This document shows, one piece after another, positions 7,843 through 18,302 of a stretch of DNA of 64,000 bases (position 1 is its first letter; every line of letters starts with the position of its first letter). The notes below the pieces were generated by a model that had not been told where the DNA came from, did no database searches, and was given only the letters and a program-made list of their open reading frames with translations. A program made the position numbers and the translations under genes. Source of the DNA: Candidatus Omnitrophota bacterium. Lineage in GTDB: Bacteria > Omnitrophota > Gorgyraeia > 1-14-0-20-64-10. The DNA lies in contig JAMWCF010000001.1 of assembly GCA_023818695.1 (NCBI GenBank), forward strand, positions 531,306 to 595,305, in the 5' to 3' direction.

Positions 7843-8518
7843 TTTCAATCAGATCCGGTCTTTTTTCGGCTGTCAGGCGCTCGGCCTGATGCCGGCGCCA
7901 CTGCGAAATCTTGGAGTGATCCCCACAAAGCAAAATATCCGGCACTCGCATTCCTCGATACTCCGGCGGGCGCGTGTACTGCGGATATTCCAACAGATGA
8001 TCGCTGAAAGATTCTTCTACCACGGAGGCCTGGTCCCCCAGGACACCGGGCACCAACCGCACCACAGAGTCGACCAAAACCATAGCAGGAAGTTCACCGC
8101 AGGTCAAGACATAATCTCCGATCGACAGCTCCTCGTCCGCCAACCCGACCCGGACCCTCTCATCGATCCCTTCGTAATGCCCGCACAGCAGGATCAACCA
8201 CGGCTCCCGGGAGAGCCGCCGGACGTCCGGCTGAGTCAACCTGCGCCCTTGCGGCGAGAGGAGGATCACGCGGGGCCGTCCTTGCGACCGCCTCTTGATG
8301 TCGTCGACGGCATCGAAAAAGGGATCCGGCCTCATCACCATGCCAGGGCCGCCCCCATACGGCTTATCGTCCACCTTCCGGTGCTTATCCTTCGACCAGT
8401 CCCTCAAATCGTGGACATGAAGGGACACAAGCCCCTTCTCGACGGCCCGTTTGATGATGGAGGCACCGATGACGCCGGGAAACATCTCCGGAAAAATGGT
8501 CAGAACGTCGAGTCGCAC
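7817..8518 (-). CDS. trmD: tRNA (guanine37-N1)-methyltransferase
   Basis: (GTG)[62 protein letters not shown]. Confidence 0.92.
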   Translation of the reverse strand: MRLDVLTIFPEMFPGVIGASIIKRAVEKGLVSLHVHDLRDWSKDKHRKVDDKPYGGGPGMVMRPDPFFDAVDDIKRRSQGRPRVILLSPQGRRLTQPDVRRLSREPWLILLCGHYEGIDERVRVGLADEELSIGDYVLTCGELPAMVLVDSVVRLVPGVLGDQASVVEESFSDHLLEYPQYTRPPEYRGMRVPDILLCGDHSKISQWRRHQAERLTAEKRPDLIENGPTNSSD

Positions 8519-8554
8519 GAGTTGGAAATCCGGGGAAAACCGCGGCCGTGATGC

Positions 8555-8806
8555 TTAAGAGGAGGCCTTCGCGGACTTCAGAAGGATCCTCTTGATCGTC
8601 GGAGAAGGAATGGCTCCCTTGCTGATCCAGTAGTTAGCCCGCTCGACATCCATCTTCACGTAAGCCGGCTTCTTGGAAGGATCGTAATAACCGATCTCCT
8701 CGATCGGCCTGCTGTCCCGCGCCTTCGTCTTCGTGGTTACCACGATCCGGTGGTGCGGTCTCTTCTTCGTTCCCAGCCTTTTGAGCCGAATGGTCACTTC
8801 TGCCAT
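8555..8806 (-). CDS. rpsP: 30S ribosomal protein S16
   Basis: MAEVTIRLKRLGTKKRPHHRIVVTTKTKARDSRPIEEIGYYDP. SD AAGGAG lies 7 nt upstream. Confidence 0.93.
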   Translation of the reverse strand: MAEVTIRLKRLGTKKRPHHRIVVTTKTKARDSRPIEEIGYYDPSKKPAYVKMDVERANYWISKGAIPSPTIKRILLKSAKASS

Positions 8807-8833
8807 GCAAAACTCCTTTTTAACGAAACCCTT

Positions 8834-8862
8834 AGTCTACCGCACGCCCCCGTTTCTGACAA
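8834..8862 (-). promoter_or_regulatory. candidate sigma70-type promoter of the rpsP operon
   Basis: Minus strand TTGTCA (8862..8857), 17-nt spacer, TAGACT (8839..8834). A leader of about 20 nt with SD AAGGAG precedes the ATG at 8806. Confidence 0.5.
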
Positions 8863-8891
8863 CCGATTTTTACCCGGCGCTCCCGTCGGGG

Positions 8892-10157
8892 TCACTCCAT
8901 CTTCTCCCGCTGGATTTCGGCGCCAAGCCGGGTCAGCTTCTCGTCGATCCGGTCGTAGCCCCGGTCCAGGTGGTAGATGCGGGAGACTTCGCTGGTTCCT
9001 TTGGCGGCCATGGCGGCCAGGACAAGGGCGGCGGAGGCCCTCAAATCGGAGGCCATGACCGGCGCTCCGCTTAAACGGCGCACCCCCTGCACGATGGCGC
9101 TGGCCCCTTCCAGCTTGATCTGGGCCCCCATCCGTCCTAGCTCCGCCACATGCATGAACCGGTCCGGGTAGATCTTTTCTGTGATCACGCTGATCCCCGG
9201 CGCCTGGCACATGAGGGCCATCATCTGGGCCTGCATGTCGGTCGGGAAACCGGGATAAGGCAGCGTGGTGACGTCCACCGGCCGCAGCCGCTTGCGCGGT
9301 GAGACCTTCAGGGAGCCGTCCTGTCCCTTGATCTCGATTCCCGCCTCTTTCATCTTGTCGATCACCGCCCCCAGATGGTCCGGGCGGGCCCCCTGGATGA
9401 TGAGCTCCCCGCCGGTCACGGCGGCCGCCAGCATGAAAGTTCCCGCCTCGATCCGGTCCGGGATCACCTTGTGGGTAAAGCCGTTCAGGCGCCGGACCCC
9501 CTCGACGGCGACCACCGGCGTCCCCTGTCCCTGAATCTTGGCCCCCATCTTGATCAAGACGTTGGCCAGATCGGTCACCTCCGGCTCGCAGGCCGCGTTC
9601 TCGATGAGGGTCCTGCCCCTGGCGAGGGCAGCCGCCATCATCACGTTGGCGGTCCCAAGCACGGAAGAACCGTACGCTCCTCCCAGATAAATCGTGGTCC
9701 CGCGCAGCTCTCGGGTTTTCCCGTACACATAGCCGCCGTCGATATTCAGGTGGGCCCCCAGGGCCTTCAAACCCTTCAGATGGATGTCGACCGGCCTCGG
9801 TCCGATCACGCAGCCGCCTGGCAAGGAGACCTTCGCCTGCCTGTGCTTGGCCAGAAGGGGTCCCAGCACGCAGAAGGAGGCTCTCATGGTGGAAACAAGC
9901 TTGTAGGGGGCTTCGGTGTTCTGGTAGCCGCGAGGATCGACGATGATCCGGTGGCCCTCCTGGGTCACCTTGGCCCCGAAATTCCGAAGGAGCCGAATCA
10001 TGGTGGCGACATCCCTCAAGGCGGGGACCCCTTCCAGGACGCACAACTCGTCAGTCAGCAGTGCCGCCGCCAGAATCGGCAAACTCGCGTTCTTGGAGCC
10101 GCTGACCTGCACGGACCCCTTCAGCGGGCGCCCGCCGCGGATGACCAGTTTTTCCAT
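8892..10157 (-). CDS. murA: UDP-N-acetylglucosamine 1-carboxyvinyltransferase
   Basis: Starts at an internal ATG ([34 protein letters not shown]) with SD AGAGG..GGGGG upstream. Active-site region [13 protein letters not shown]. 421 aa. The track N-terminal extension to 10592 overlaps prmC. Confidence 0.93.
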   Translation of the reverse strand: MEKLVIRGGRPLKGSVQVSGSKNASLPILAAALLTDELCVLEGVPALRDVATMIRLLRNFGAKVTQEGHRIIVDPRGYQNTEAPYKLVSTMRASFCVLGPLLAKHRQAKVSLPGGCVIGPRPVDIHLKGLKALGAHLNIDGGYVYGKTRELRGTTIYLGGAYGSSVLGTANVMMAAALARGRTLIENAACEPEVTDLANVLIKMGAKIQGQGTPVVAVEGVRRLNGFTHKVIPDRIEAGTFMLAAAVTGGELIIQGARPDHLGAVIDKMKEAGIEIKGQDGSLKVSPRKRLRPVDVTTLPYPGFPTDMQAQMMALMCQAPGISVITEKIYPDRFMHVAELGRMGAQIKLEGASAIVQGVRRLSGAPVMASDLRASAALVLAAMAAKGTSEVSRIYHLDRGYDRIDEKLTRLGAEIQREKME

Positions 10158-10162
10158 GCCCC

Positions 10163-11044
10163 CTAACCTCTTTTCAAGACGATGACCCGGTTGCGTCCCG
10201 CCATGTCCCGTACGACCCTCTCCACAAGGAAACCGTTCGCCGCGGCATCCTCCGAAACAGCCGCGACCTGCTCCGGGGCGATCTCCAAAACCATCTTTCC
10301 CTCCCTCTCCAAAACGGATGGGGCCTCGCGCACGATCCGGCGAACCAAAGCGGTCCCGCTGCCGCTGCCGCCGTCCAGCGCCAGCCACGGCTCCCAGGCC
10401 AGTTCCGCAGGCCACTGCCCCGACGCCGCCGGATCCAGATACGGGAGGTTCGCGGCGATCAAATCGACCGTCTGCCCCGAAAGGGGATCCACAAGGTCCC
10501 CCTGCAGAAAGGGGACCCGCACCCGGTGCAGATCGGCGTTGCGCTTGGCAAAAGTCAGCGCCGTCTTGGAAACGTCGATACCGGTCACCCACACATCCGG
10601 CCGCTCCAGCGCGATGGTGACGGCAATCGCCCCGCTGCCGGTCCCCACGTCGATCAGACGCACCGGCCGGTACGGGCTGTGGGCGGCGGCATGATGAATC
10701 AAGTAAAGAACGGTGTCCATCAAAACCTCGGTTTCAGGCCTGGGAATGAAGACGCCTGGACCGACGATGAAATCCCGGCCGTAAAAAGAGGCCGAGCGCA
10801 TGATGTACTGCAGCGGCATCCCGCCGATCCGCGCCGCCACGTCCGCTTCAAAACGGAGCCGGTGGTCCGCTTCCACGGGAGGGGGTTCCACGTAAAGCTC
10901 CACCGGACGGCAGCCCAGACAGCGGCTCAAGAGCTGTTCCGCGGTCCAGCGCGGACGGTCGATCCCCGCCTCCTCTAGCATTGCGGCCGCTGATTTCAAG
11001 AGCTCCTGGCAGGGCGCCGGCCGGCTGTCGGCGATCAGGGCCAT
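10163..11044 (-). CDS. prmC: peptide chain release factor N5-glutamine methyltransferase
   Basis: SAM-binding LIDVGTGSGAIAV. The catalytic motif reads AANLPYL (NLPY instead of the usual NPPY). Located immediately downstream of prfA. Confidence 0.85.
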   Translation of the reverse strand: MALIADSRPAPCQELLKSAAAMLEEAGIDRPRWTAEQLLSRCLGCRPVELYVEPPPVEADHRLRFEADVAARIGGMPLQYIMRSASFYGRDFIVGPGVFIPRPETEVLMDTVLYLIHHAAAHSPYRPVRLIDVGTGSGAIAVTIALERPDVWVTGIDVSKTALTFAKRNADLHRVRVPFLQGDLVDPLSGQTVDLIAANLPYLDPAASGQWPAELAWEPWLALDGGSGSGTALVRRIVREAPSVLEREGKMVLEIAPEQVAAVSEDAAANGFLVERVVRDMAGRNRVIVLKRG

Positions 11045-12126
11045 CAGAAACCTCCCCCCACCTGCCGATGCAGTCGGGCCTGCCGATCGGCCTCCACCAG
11101 CGCATCGATGATCTCGTCCATTTGGCCGTCCAGGATATTCTCCAGCCGGTGGGAAGTCAACCCGATCCGGTGGTCGGTCACTCGTCTGTCCGGGAAATTA
11201 TAAGTCCTGATCTTCTCCGAGCGGTCGCCGCTGCCGATCTGGGACCGGCGGTCGGAAGCCCTCCTGGCCTCCTGCTCCCGGCTTTTCAACTCATACAAAC
11301 GAGCTCTTAACACTTTCATCCCTTTGGCCTTGTTTTTCAGCTGCGACCGCTCATCCTGGCAGCTGACCACCAACCCGGTTGGAATGTGGGTGATCCGTAC
11401 CGCCGAGTCGGTGGTGTTGACCCCCTGCCCGCCTGGTCCCGAAGAGCGGTAAACGTCGATCCGGAGATCCTTCGGATCGATCTCGACGTCCAGATCTTCC
11501 ACCTCCGGCAGCACGGCCACGGTGACGGTGGAGGTGTGGATCCGGCCGGAGGCCTCGGTGTCCGGCACCCGCTGGACCCGGTGCACCCCGCTCTCGAACT
11601 TGAGCCGCTTGAAGACACCGGCTCCCTCCACGGCGAAGATCGCCTCCTTGAATCCTCCCATCTCCGTCGGGTTCATGGAGAGGGACTCCACGCTCCATCC
11701 GCGGCCGGCCGCGTAGCGGGTGTACATCCGGTAAAGATCAGCGGCGAACAGGGCGGCCTCTGCCCCTCCGGTGCCGGCCCGGATCTCCATAATGACACTC
11801 CTCTCCCCCTCCGGATCATCCTCCAAGATGAGGATCTCCAGCTCCCGCTCGACCTGCGAGAGTCGGTTTTTCAGTTCCTCCAGCTCCGCCTCGGCAAGCT
11901 GCCGCATCTCTCCGCCGGTCTCCTTCGAACCCAGCATCTCCTGCGTCACCCGGATCTGTTCCTGCAGACGGGAATATTCGGCATGCTTTTCCGCGAAGGG
12001 CTTCAGACCGGCGTGCTCTTTGGCGTACTCTCGAACCTGGCGGGGATTTGAAGCGACGGCAGGATCGGACAGCAGCCGCTCAAGCTCTCGGAACCGCTTG
12101 AGCCGGCTCTCAAAAGCTTCACGCAT
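11044..12126 (-). CDS. prfA: peptide chain release factor 1
   Basis: GGQ motif ([22 protein letters not shown]) and RF1-type PxT tripeptide region ([17 protein letters not shown]). Confidence 0.93.
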   Translation of the reverse strand: MREAFESRLKRFRELERLLSDPAVASNPRQVREYAKEHAGLKPFAEKHAEYSRLQEQIRVTQEMLGSKETGGEMRQLAEAELEELKNRLSQVERELEILILEDDPEGERSVIMEIRAGTGGAEAALFAADLYRMYTRYAAGRGWSVESLSMNPTEMGGFKEAIFAVEGAGVFKRLKFESGVHRVQRVPDTEASGRIHTSTVTVAVLPEVEDLDVEIDPKDLRIDVYRSSGPGGQGVNTTDSAVRITHIPTGLVVSCQDERSQLKNKAKGMKVLRARLYELKSREQEARRASDRRSQIGSGDRSEKIRTYNFPDRRVTDHRIGLTSHRLENILDGQMDEIIDALVEADRQARLHRQVGGGF

Positions 12127-12328
12127 TCGCCTTCTTTCTGTATTTCTTCTGGAACCGCTCGACCCGGCCGGCGGTATCGACGAACTTCTGCTTGCCGGTG
12201 AAGAACGGGTGGCAGCGGGAACAGATTTCGATGCGCATGTTGCCCTTCGTCGAGCGGGTGTGAATCACCTCGCCGCAGGCGCAGCTGATGACGACCGGCT
12301 TATACTCCGGATGAATCCCTTCTTTCAT
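12119..12328 (-). CDS. rpmE: 50S ribosomal protein L31
   Basis: Internal ATG with SD AAGGAG 7 nt upstream. [20 protein letters not shown]...[28 protein letters not shown], 69 aa. Confidence 0.92.
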   Translation of the reverse strand: MKEGIHPEYKPVVISCACGEVIHTRSTKGNMRIEICSRCHPFFTGKQKFVDTAGRVERFQKKYRKKANA

Positions 12329-12345
12329 TTCGTCCGCTCCTTGTG

Positions 12346-13644
12346 TTACTGGTTCATATTGTTCAAAAACTCCGCGTTGGTCTTCGTCTTGCTGAGCCGG
12401 TCGATCAGAAGCTCCATCGCTTCGTCCGATCCCAGCTCCTTGAGGACCTTGCGCAGGATCCAAATCCTCTTGAGCTCCTCCTCTTCCAGGAGCAGTTCCT
12501 CCTTGCGGGTGTTGCACCGGGAGATATCCAGGCCGGGGTAAATCCGCTTCTGGAACAGATTCCGGTCTAGGGTGATCTCCAGGTTGCCAGTCCCCTTGAA
12601 TTCCTCGAAGATCACCTCATCCATCCGGCTACCGGTGTCGATCAGCGCGGTTGCAATGATGGTCAGGGATCCCCCCTCCTGCACGGCGCGGGCGGCCCCG
12701 AAAAACCGCTTCGGCTTGTGCAGCGCCGTCGCATCCACGCCGCCGCTCAAGATGCGGCCGCTGTGGGGAGCCACCGTATTATACGCGCGCGCCAGGCGGG
12801 TGATGGAATCCAGGAGGATCACCACATCCTTCTTGTGCTCCACGAGCCGCTTGGCCTTCTCCAGCACAATCTCGGCCACCTGGATGTGGCGCTCCGCCGG
12901 CTCGTCGAACGTGGAGGAGACCACTTCCCCTTTGACCGAGTTCTGCATGTCGGTGACCTCTTCGGGCCTTTCGTCGATCAGCAGCACGATCAGCACCACA
13001 TCCGGGTAATTCTTCATGATCGCGTTGGCGATCTTCTGAAGCAGAACGGTCTTTCCGCTGTAGGGGGGTGCAACGATCAGGCCGCGCTGCCCCTTTCCGA
13101 TCGGCGCCAACAGGTCCAGGATGCGCGTGGCGATCTCTCTCGGCTCCGTTTCAAGCCGGTAGCGCTCATGGGCGTAGTGGGGCGTCAGGTTGTCGAACAG
13201 GACCTTCTCCTTGGCCTGCTCCGGATTCTCCATGTTGACCGCCTCCACCTTCAAAAGGGCGAAATACCGCTCCCCCTCCTTCGGGGGCCGGATATGCCCC
13301 GACACCGTATCGCCAGTGCGCAGGTCGAACCGACGGATCTGGCTCGGAGAGACGTAGATGTCGTCGGGGCTCGGCAGGTAGTTGTAGTTGGGGGAGCGCA
13401 GGAAGCCGAACCCGTCCGGAAGGATCTCCAGCACGCCGGCTCCGAACATGTTGCCTTCCTTCTCCGCCTGACCCTGCAGGATCTTGAATATGAGATCCTG
13501 TTTTTTCAAGCCGGAGACACCGTTGACATTCAGGTCCTTGGCCAGCTTGTTCAGTTCCTGAATGGTCATCTCTTTCAATTTGGCAAGATCGAGACTCGGA
13601 CCCTGCGCTGTTTTTGTTGGAGCTTCCTGTTTTTCTTCTGCCAT
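12346..13644 (-). CDS. rho: transcription termination factor Rho
   Basis: N-terminal insertion-free Rho. RNA-binding [34 protein letters not shown], Walker [17 protein letters not shown], and [23 protein letters not shown]. Confidence 0.95.
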   Translation of the reverse strand: MAEEKQEAPTKTAQGPSLDLAKLKEMTIQELNKLAKDLNVNGVSGLKKQDLIFKILQGQAEKEGNMFGAGVLEILPDGFGFLRSPNYNYLPSPDDIYVSPSQIRRFDLRTGDTVSGHIRPPKEGERYFALLKVEAVNMENPEQAKEKVLFDNLTPHYAHERYRLETEPREIATRILDLLAPIGKGQRGLIVAPPYSGKTVLLQKIANAIMKNYPDVVLIVLLIDERPEEVTDMQNSVKGEVVSSTFDEPAERHIQVAEIVLEKAKRLVEHKKDVVILLDSITRLARAYNTVAPHSGRILSGGVDATALHKPKRFFGAARAVQEGGSLTIIATALIDTGSRMDEVIFEEFKGTGNLEITLDRNLFQKRIYPGLDISRCNTRKEELLLEEEELKRIWILRKVLKELGSDEAMELLIDRLSKTKTNAEFLNNMNQ

Positions 13645-14250
13645 TTAACCTTTCTCCTTTAAAATTTTTTTCCACATCCGGACCACCCGGCGGCGAGTCG
13701 CCTCCAGGGAGCCGTCGTTTTTGACAATGAAATCGGCCATCCGCTCCTTCTGCCGAAGGGGCATCTGGTAAGATCTTATCTTTCTCACATCCTTCAAACG
13801 CAGACCGGAGCGCTGCCGGAGCCGCCGGGCGACGGCGCTTAGCGGGGCCGACACGACCACCAGCACGTCGATCCGGTACTGCGAACCGGCTTCAATCAGC
13901 AGCGGAACGTCCAGAACGACCACCGCTGTGGGGTCCCGGCGCTTGATCGCGGCGATCCTCTGGCGAAATCGCTGCCGCACCGCCGGGTGGACGATCCGAT
14001 TCAGACGCCGCAGCATCGCCGGGTCCCCGAAGACGATCTTCCCAAGGCGCTTGCGGTTGATCTCACCGGAGGAGGTCAGAACCTCCTGCCCGAAGGTCCT
14101 GCGGATCCTGCTCCAGACCGGCGTCCCCGGACGCATGAGCTCATGGACCGTCTCGTCGGCGTCCAGCACGACAGCGCCCAGATCCCCCAGCATGCGGGCC
14201 ACCGTAGACTTGCCGGTCCCGAAACTTCCAGTCACCCCGATGACGATCAC
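13645..14250 (-). CDS. coaE: dephospho-CoA kinase
   Basis: MIVIGVTGSFGTGKSTVARML P-loop, about 200 aa. The stop abuts the rho start. Confidence 0.88.
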   Translation of the reverse strand: MIVIGVTGSFGTGKSTVARMLGDLGAVVLDADETVHELMRPGTPVWSRIRRTFGQEVLTSSGEINRKRLGKIVFGDPAMLRRLNRIVHPAVRQRFRQRIAAIKRRDPTAVVVLDVPLLIEAGSQYRIDVLVVVSAPLSAVARRLRQRSGLRLKDVRKIRSYQMPLRQKERMADFIVKNDGSLEATRRRVVRMWKKILKEKG

Positions 14251-15641
14251 GACGGTTCAGGAAACAGCGGCTGTCTGCCGGCCTGCCGGTAGATGGCCGC
14301 ATACTTGTCCGCAGCGACGTCCCACGAGAAATCGGCTTCCATCCCTCGGCGCTGCAGAACAGCCCATTCATCCGAATGCCGATAGCAGTCGTACGCGCGG
14401 CGCAGCGCCTTGAGCAGCTCCTCTGGAAGCGCTGGACCAAAAGTGAAACCGTTTCCTTTTTCCCGGTCCGAAGCGTCGGTCACCGTGTCGGCCAGTCCCC
14501 CGGTGGCCCGGACCACCGGGACCGTGCCGTAGCGCATGGCGATCATCTGGCCGAGACCGCACGGCTCATAACGGGACGGCATGAGAAAAGCATCCGCCCC
14601 GGCGTAAATCCGGCGTGCCAAAGAGTCGTCGAAGACAAACCGGACCGCCGCAAAGGAACGCCCGCGAACCGCTTTCATGACCGCCTCCTCGATCGGTCGG
14701 TCGCCGGAACCCAGGATCACGAGCTGCATCTTCATCGATTCCATACCCGGCAGAGCGGCGGCCACCAGATCCAGCCCTTTTTGAGAAGCCAGGCGGGTCA
14801 CCATCCCCACAAGAAACACGTCGCCGGAAACAGGCAGTCCCCATTCCTTCTGAAGCGCCTCCTTATTTGTCCTCTTCCTCTCCACACAGCCGCGGTCGAA
14901 TGGGACAGCCAGCGCCCTGTCGGAAGCCGGGTTCCACGCCTGCGGATCGAGACCGTTTAAAATGCCGGTCACATCCCTGGCCCGCATCCGCAGCACACCG
15001 TCCAAACCGGCCCCCTGCTCGGAGGTCTGAATCTCCCGAGCATACGTGGGACTGACCGTGGTGACGGCATCGGCAAACTGGAGCCCTCCTTTCAGGAGGT
15101 TGATTTTGCCGTAGAACTCCAGACCATGGAGATGAAAGAGCGCACCTGGAATCTCTAAGCGTGGATACCGGTTCCGGGGAAAAATCCCTTGATAGGCCAA
15201 GTTGTGGATGGTCAGCACGGTTCGTGTCGCGCAAAAGAACGGGTCCGTCCCCCAGCCACCTTTTAAATATACGATACCAGGCGCTCCTTGCCAATCATGA
15301 ACATGCAGGATGTCCGGCCGGATCCGTTTCAGCCGCATGGTCAACAGGGCCTGCCGGCAGAAAAAACCGAACCGCTCGAGATTGTCCGGGTAGTCCCCCT
15401 TGGAGTCGCCGTAAAGTCCGGCCCGCCCGCTGAAAAAAGGATGTCCGATCAGGTGAACCGTAACGTTTTTATGGGGCTTCACCGGGCTTTTCTGTTTCAA
15501 CAAAGAGGCGTACCGGGGCAGAAACAGATGAACGTCGATTCCCTTCCTGCCGAGCGCCGGAGGAAGCGCTCCCGTCACGTCGGCCAACCCGCCGGTCTTC
15601 GCGAACGGCTCCATCTCCGAGACCAGCATGCAAACGGTCAT
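14247..15641 (-). CDS. glgA: glycogen (starch) synthase
   Basis: EMEPFAKTGGLADVTGALP N-terminal motif, HDWQGA, and PSRYEPCGLGQMIAMRYGT C-terminal motif. Confidence 0.9.
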   Translation of the reverse strand: MTVCMLVSEMEPFAKTGGLADVTGALPPALGRKGIDVHLFLPRYASLLKQKSPVKPHKNVTVHLIGHPFFSGRAGLYGDSKGDYPDNLERFGFFCRQALLTMRLKRIRPDILHVHDWQGAPGIVYLKGGWGTDPFFCATRTVLTIHNLAYQGIFPRNRYPRLEIPGALFHLHGLEFYGKINLLKGGLQFADAVTTVSPTYAREIQTSEQGAGLDGVLRMRARDVTGILNGLDPQAWNPASDRALAVPFDRGCVERKRTNKEALQKEWGLPVSGDVFLVGMVTRLASQKGLDLVAAALPGMESMKMQLVILGSGDRPIEEAVMKAVRGRSFAAVRFVFDDSLARRIYAGADAFLMPSRYEPCGLGQMIAMRYGTVPVVRATGGLADTVTDASDREKGNGFTFGPALPEELLKALRRAYDCYRHSDEWAVLQRRGMEADFSWDVAADKYAAIYRQAGRQPLFPEPS

Positions 15642-18250
15642 GATACGGAGGCCTCCAGCCAGTTCGATCCGACTTTCAGCCGAACCTCGACCGGGACAGA
15701 AAGCTTCAGCGGTTTGCCCTGAAGAACCGGCGCTTCCATGATCTCTTTGACCAGCCGTTTCATCGGCTCCAGTTCCCGCCCGTCGATATCGAAAATCAGC
15801 TCGTCATGCACTTGAAGCACCATGGAGGAGCGCAGCCCTTTCGCTCTCATGGCCCTGTCCAGGTCAATCATGGCGATTTTTATCAAATCCGCCGCCGATC
15901 CCTGGATGGGGGCGTTGATGGCGGTTCTTTCCGCGAACTGCCGGACAACGGGGTCTTTGGCCTGCAGCTCCGGGATATAGCGCCTGCGGTTAAAAAGAGT
16001 GACGCAGTAGCCGTTTCGTCGGCTCTCCTCCAGACAGCGCTGGAGGTAGACCCGAACTTTCGGGTATTGAGAAAAATAGCGTTCGATGAACTCGCCCGCC
16101 TCTGTTGGATCGATCCCGAGCTCCTTGGAAAGCCCGAACGGTGTCATCCCGTACATGATGCCGAAATTGATTGTTTTCGCCGCCGACCGCTGATCGGCCG
16201 TCACATCGGCCGGCGGCACATGAAAGATCTCGGCCGCGGTGACCCGGTGGATGTCCTCGCCGTTACGGAACGCTTCCAGGAGCCGTTCGTCCTGCGACAG
16301 ATGGGCCATGATCCGCAGCTCGATCTGCGAGTAGTCGGCCGCCAGGAAAAGGCCCGCTGACTGCGTCGGAACAAAGGCCCGGCGGATCCTCCGTCCAAGC
16401 TCCGTCCGGATCGGGATATTCTGCAGATTCGGCTGCGAGGAGGAGAGCCGTCCCGTGGCGGTGACCATCTGGTTGAAAGAGGTGTGGATGCGGCCTGACG
16501 CCGGGTCCACCAGCTTCGGGAGCGCCTCCACGTACGTGGAGCGCAGTTTCGCCAGCTCCCGGTATTCCAGAATTTTGGCGGGAAGATCGTGAACGGAACT
16601 TAAGCGCTTGAGAACCTCCTCATCGGTCGACGCACCCGTCTTCGTCTTCTTGATAACCGGAAGCTTGAGCTTTTCAAAGAGAACCTGTGAAAGCTGTTTC
16701 GGAGAGTTGATGTTCAGCGTTTCTTCTCCCGCCAGATGATGGATCTGCTGCGTCAGCCCTTCCAGCGTCCTGTCGATCTCCTTCGAAAGGGATCGCAGTT
16801 CATCCAGGTTCACCCCGATGCCCCTCAACTCCATCCGGGCCAGAAGAACCGCCAGAGGGGTCTCCACCTCTTCCAGAAGAAGGGCCAAATTCTTCGCCTC
16901 TATCTCCTTCTCCAGCCGGGGGTAAAGCCGCAGGGCCGCTTCGGCCTCCATGGCGGCTGTGCCCTGCGCGTCGGCCGGCCCGAAGGGGGCCTGCAGAAAC
17001 TCCTCGGCAAGGGCCGCCACCCCATGCGACGGCCGGGCCGGATCCAGCAGATAAGAGGCCAGGCAGGGATCCCACCAGCCGGTCCCGGAAAATTCCAGGC
17101 ACTGTTCCAATAAAACAAGGATGAACTCCTTCATGAGAGGGCATACCTTCAGGAAGCGGGGGTCGGCCAGAAGCTCTCTCAAAGAATCCGGCACCTCACG
17201 CCCCGGAATAATCCAGGCCGAACCGGCCTCAAACGAGACCGCGATCCCCTGAAATCGGGGCCCAACCCCGTCGGAACCACCCCGGACCGGAACAACCGCC
17301 GACCGCCCCGACCGCCTCATCTTCTCCAGCAGCCCGGACAGCTCGCCGGCCTGCGCCACGGTCCGGATCTCGATGGCGGCGCAGGCCCGCTTCGGGGGCG
17401 CCATCTCCTTCAAAAGCTTTTTGAACTCCAATTCCTGAAAAAGTTCGTAGAGGGCTTGCTGGTTCGGCTCCCGAACCCGCAAAGAATTCAGATTCAGCTC
17501 GATCGGAACGGCGGTATCCAGAAGGGCCAGTTCATGGCTCATCTTTAACTGATCCAGGTGCTCGCACAGCGCCTGCCGACGCGCTTGGCCAGGCACCTGC
17601 GCCACGTTCTTCATCAGGTTGTCGACGGAGCCGAATTTCTGGATCAGCTCCACCGCGGTCTTTTCGCCGATGCCGGGGACCCCCGGGATCGCATCGGTGT
17701 CGTCGCCCATCAGCGCCATCACCTCCACCACCTGGTCGGGTCGGACGCCCCATTTTTTCCGGAGCGCTTGCTCATCCACGATCTCATAACCTTCACGGGT
17801 CGGTTTGTACACCTTGACGTTCGATCCCAAAAGCTGGAAGGAATCCTTGTCGCTGGTGACGAGGTAAACGTCGAATCCGTGGCGGGACGCCTGCCGGGCA
17901 ATGGTCCCCAAGATATCATCCGCTTCGTATCCCTCCTTTTCGAAAACCGGAATCCGGTAGGCGTCGAAAACCCGCCGGATAAAGGGGAGCTGGCTCACCA
18001 GCTCTTCCGGCATCGGCTTCCGGTGCTCTTTGTAGCCGGCGTAACGGACGTGCCGGAACGTCGGTTTGGCCATATCGAACGCCACGGCCATGAAAACCGG
18101 ATTCTCCTCCTCCATCAGCTTCTTCAGCATGGTCACAACGCCGAAAACAGCGTTGGTCGGCTGACCTTTCGACGTGTTCAGATTTCTGACCGCGTAAAAA
18201 GCCCGGTAGCAGAAGGAAGAACCGTCGATGAGAAACAACCGTTCCTGCAC
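15638..18250 (-). CDS. polA: DNA polymerase I (5' nuclease + polymerase; 3'-5' exonuclease motifs degenerate)
   Basis: GTG start. LFLIDGSSFCYRAFYA (5' nuclease); motif A LAADYSQIELRIMAH; motif B RSAAKTINFGIMYGM; motif C VLQVHDELIF. The Exo I position reads IAVSFEAGSA with no DxE, like Taq-type enzymes. Confidence 0.93.
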   Translation of the reverse strand: MQERLFLIDGSSFCYRAFYAVRNLNTSKGQPTNAVFGVVTMLKKLMEEENPVFMAVAFDMAKPTFRHVRYAGYKEHRKPMPEELVSQLPFIRRVFDAYRIPVFEKEGYEADDILGTIARQASRHGFDVYLVTSDKDSFQLLGSNVKVYKPTREGYEIVDEQALRKKWGVRPDQVVEVMALMGDDTDAIPGVPGIGEKTAVELIQKFGSVDNLMKNVAQVPGQARRQALCEHLDQLKMSHELALLDTAVPIELNLNSLRVREPNQQALYELFQELEFKKLLKEMAPPKRACAAIEIRTVAQAGELSGLLEKMRRSGRSAVVPVRGGSDGVGPRFQGIAVSFEAGSAWIIPGREVPDSLRELLADPRFLKVCPLMKEFILVLLEQCLEFSGTGWWDPCLASYLLDPARPSHGVAALAEEFLQAPFGPADAQGTAAMEAEAALRLYPRLEKEIEAKNLALLLEEVETPLAVLLARMELRGIGVNLDELRSLSKEIDRTLEGLTQQIHHLAGEETLNINSPKQLSQVLFEKLKLPVIKKTKTGASTDEEVLKRLSSVHDLPAKILEYRELAKLRSTYVEALPKLVDPASGRIHTSFNQMVTATGRLSSSQPNLQNIPIRTELGRRIRRAFVPTQSAGLFLAADYSQIELRIMAHLSQDERLLEAFRNGEDIHRVTAAEIFHVPPADVTADQRSAAKTINFGIMYGMTPFGLSKELGIDPTEAGEFIERYFSQYPKVRVYLQRCLEESRRNGYCVTLFNRRRYIPELQAKDPVVRQFAERTAINAPIQGSAADLIKIAMIDLDRAMRAKGLRSSMVLQVHDELIFDIDGRELEPMKRLVKEIMEAPVLQGKPLKLSVPVEVRLKVGSNWLEASVS

Positions 18251-18302
18251 GATGAGGGAATGAAAGTGATGGATTTCCTAAAGGTTTACGTTATGAAACG
18301 AT

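Noticed and set aside
8794-10044. 416-aa minus-strand ORF overlapping murA in another frame
   Set aside because: The MurA frame carries the conserved motifs. This alternative frame is Arg/Gly/Pro-rich and extends across the rpsP promoter region.
10158-10592. Long N-terminal extensions of track ORFs: murA to 10592, mnmA to 2626, larC to 21419, gatB to 27866, gatC to 29691, rsmA to 30610, CNNM to 39113, tsaD to 24172, pilN to 52191, rnhB to 7502
   Set aside because: In each case the extension overlaps the upstream gene out of frame and is R/G/P-rich. The conserved N-terminus of the family begins at an internal start codon, which often overlaps the upstream stop (ATGA, GTGA, TTGA).
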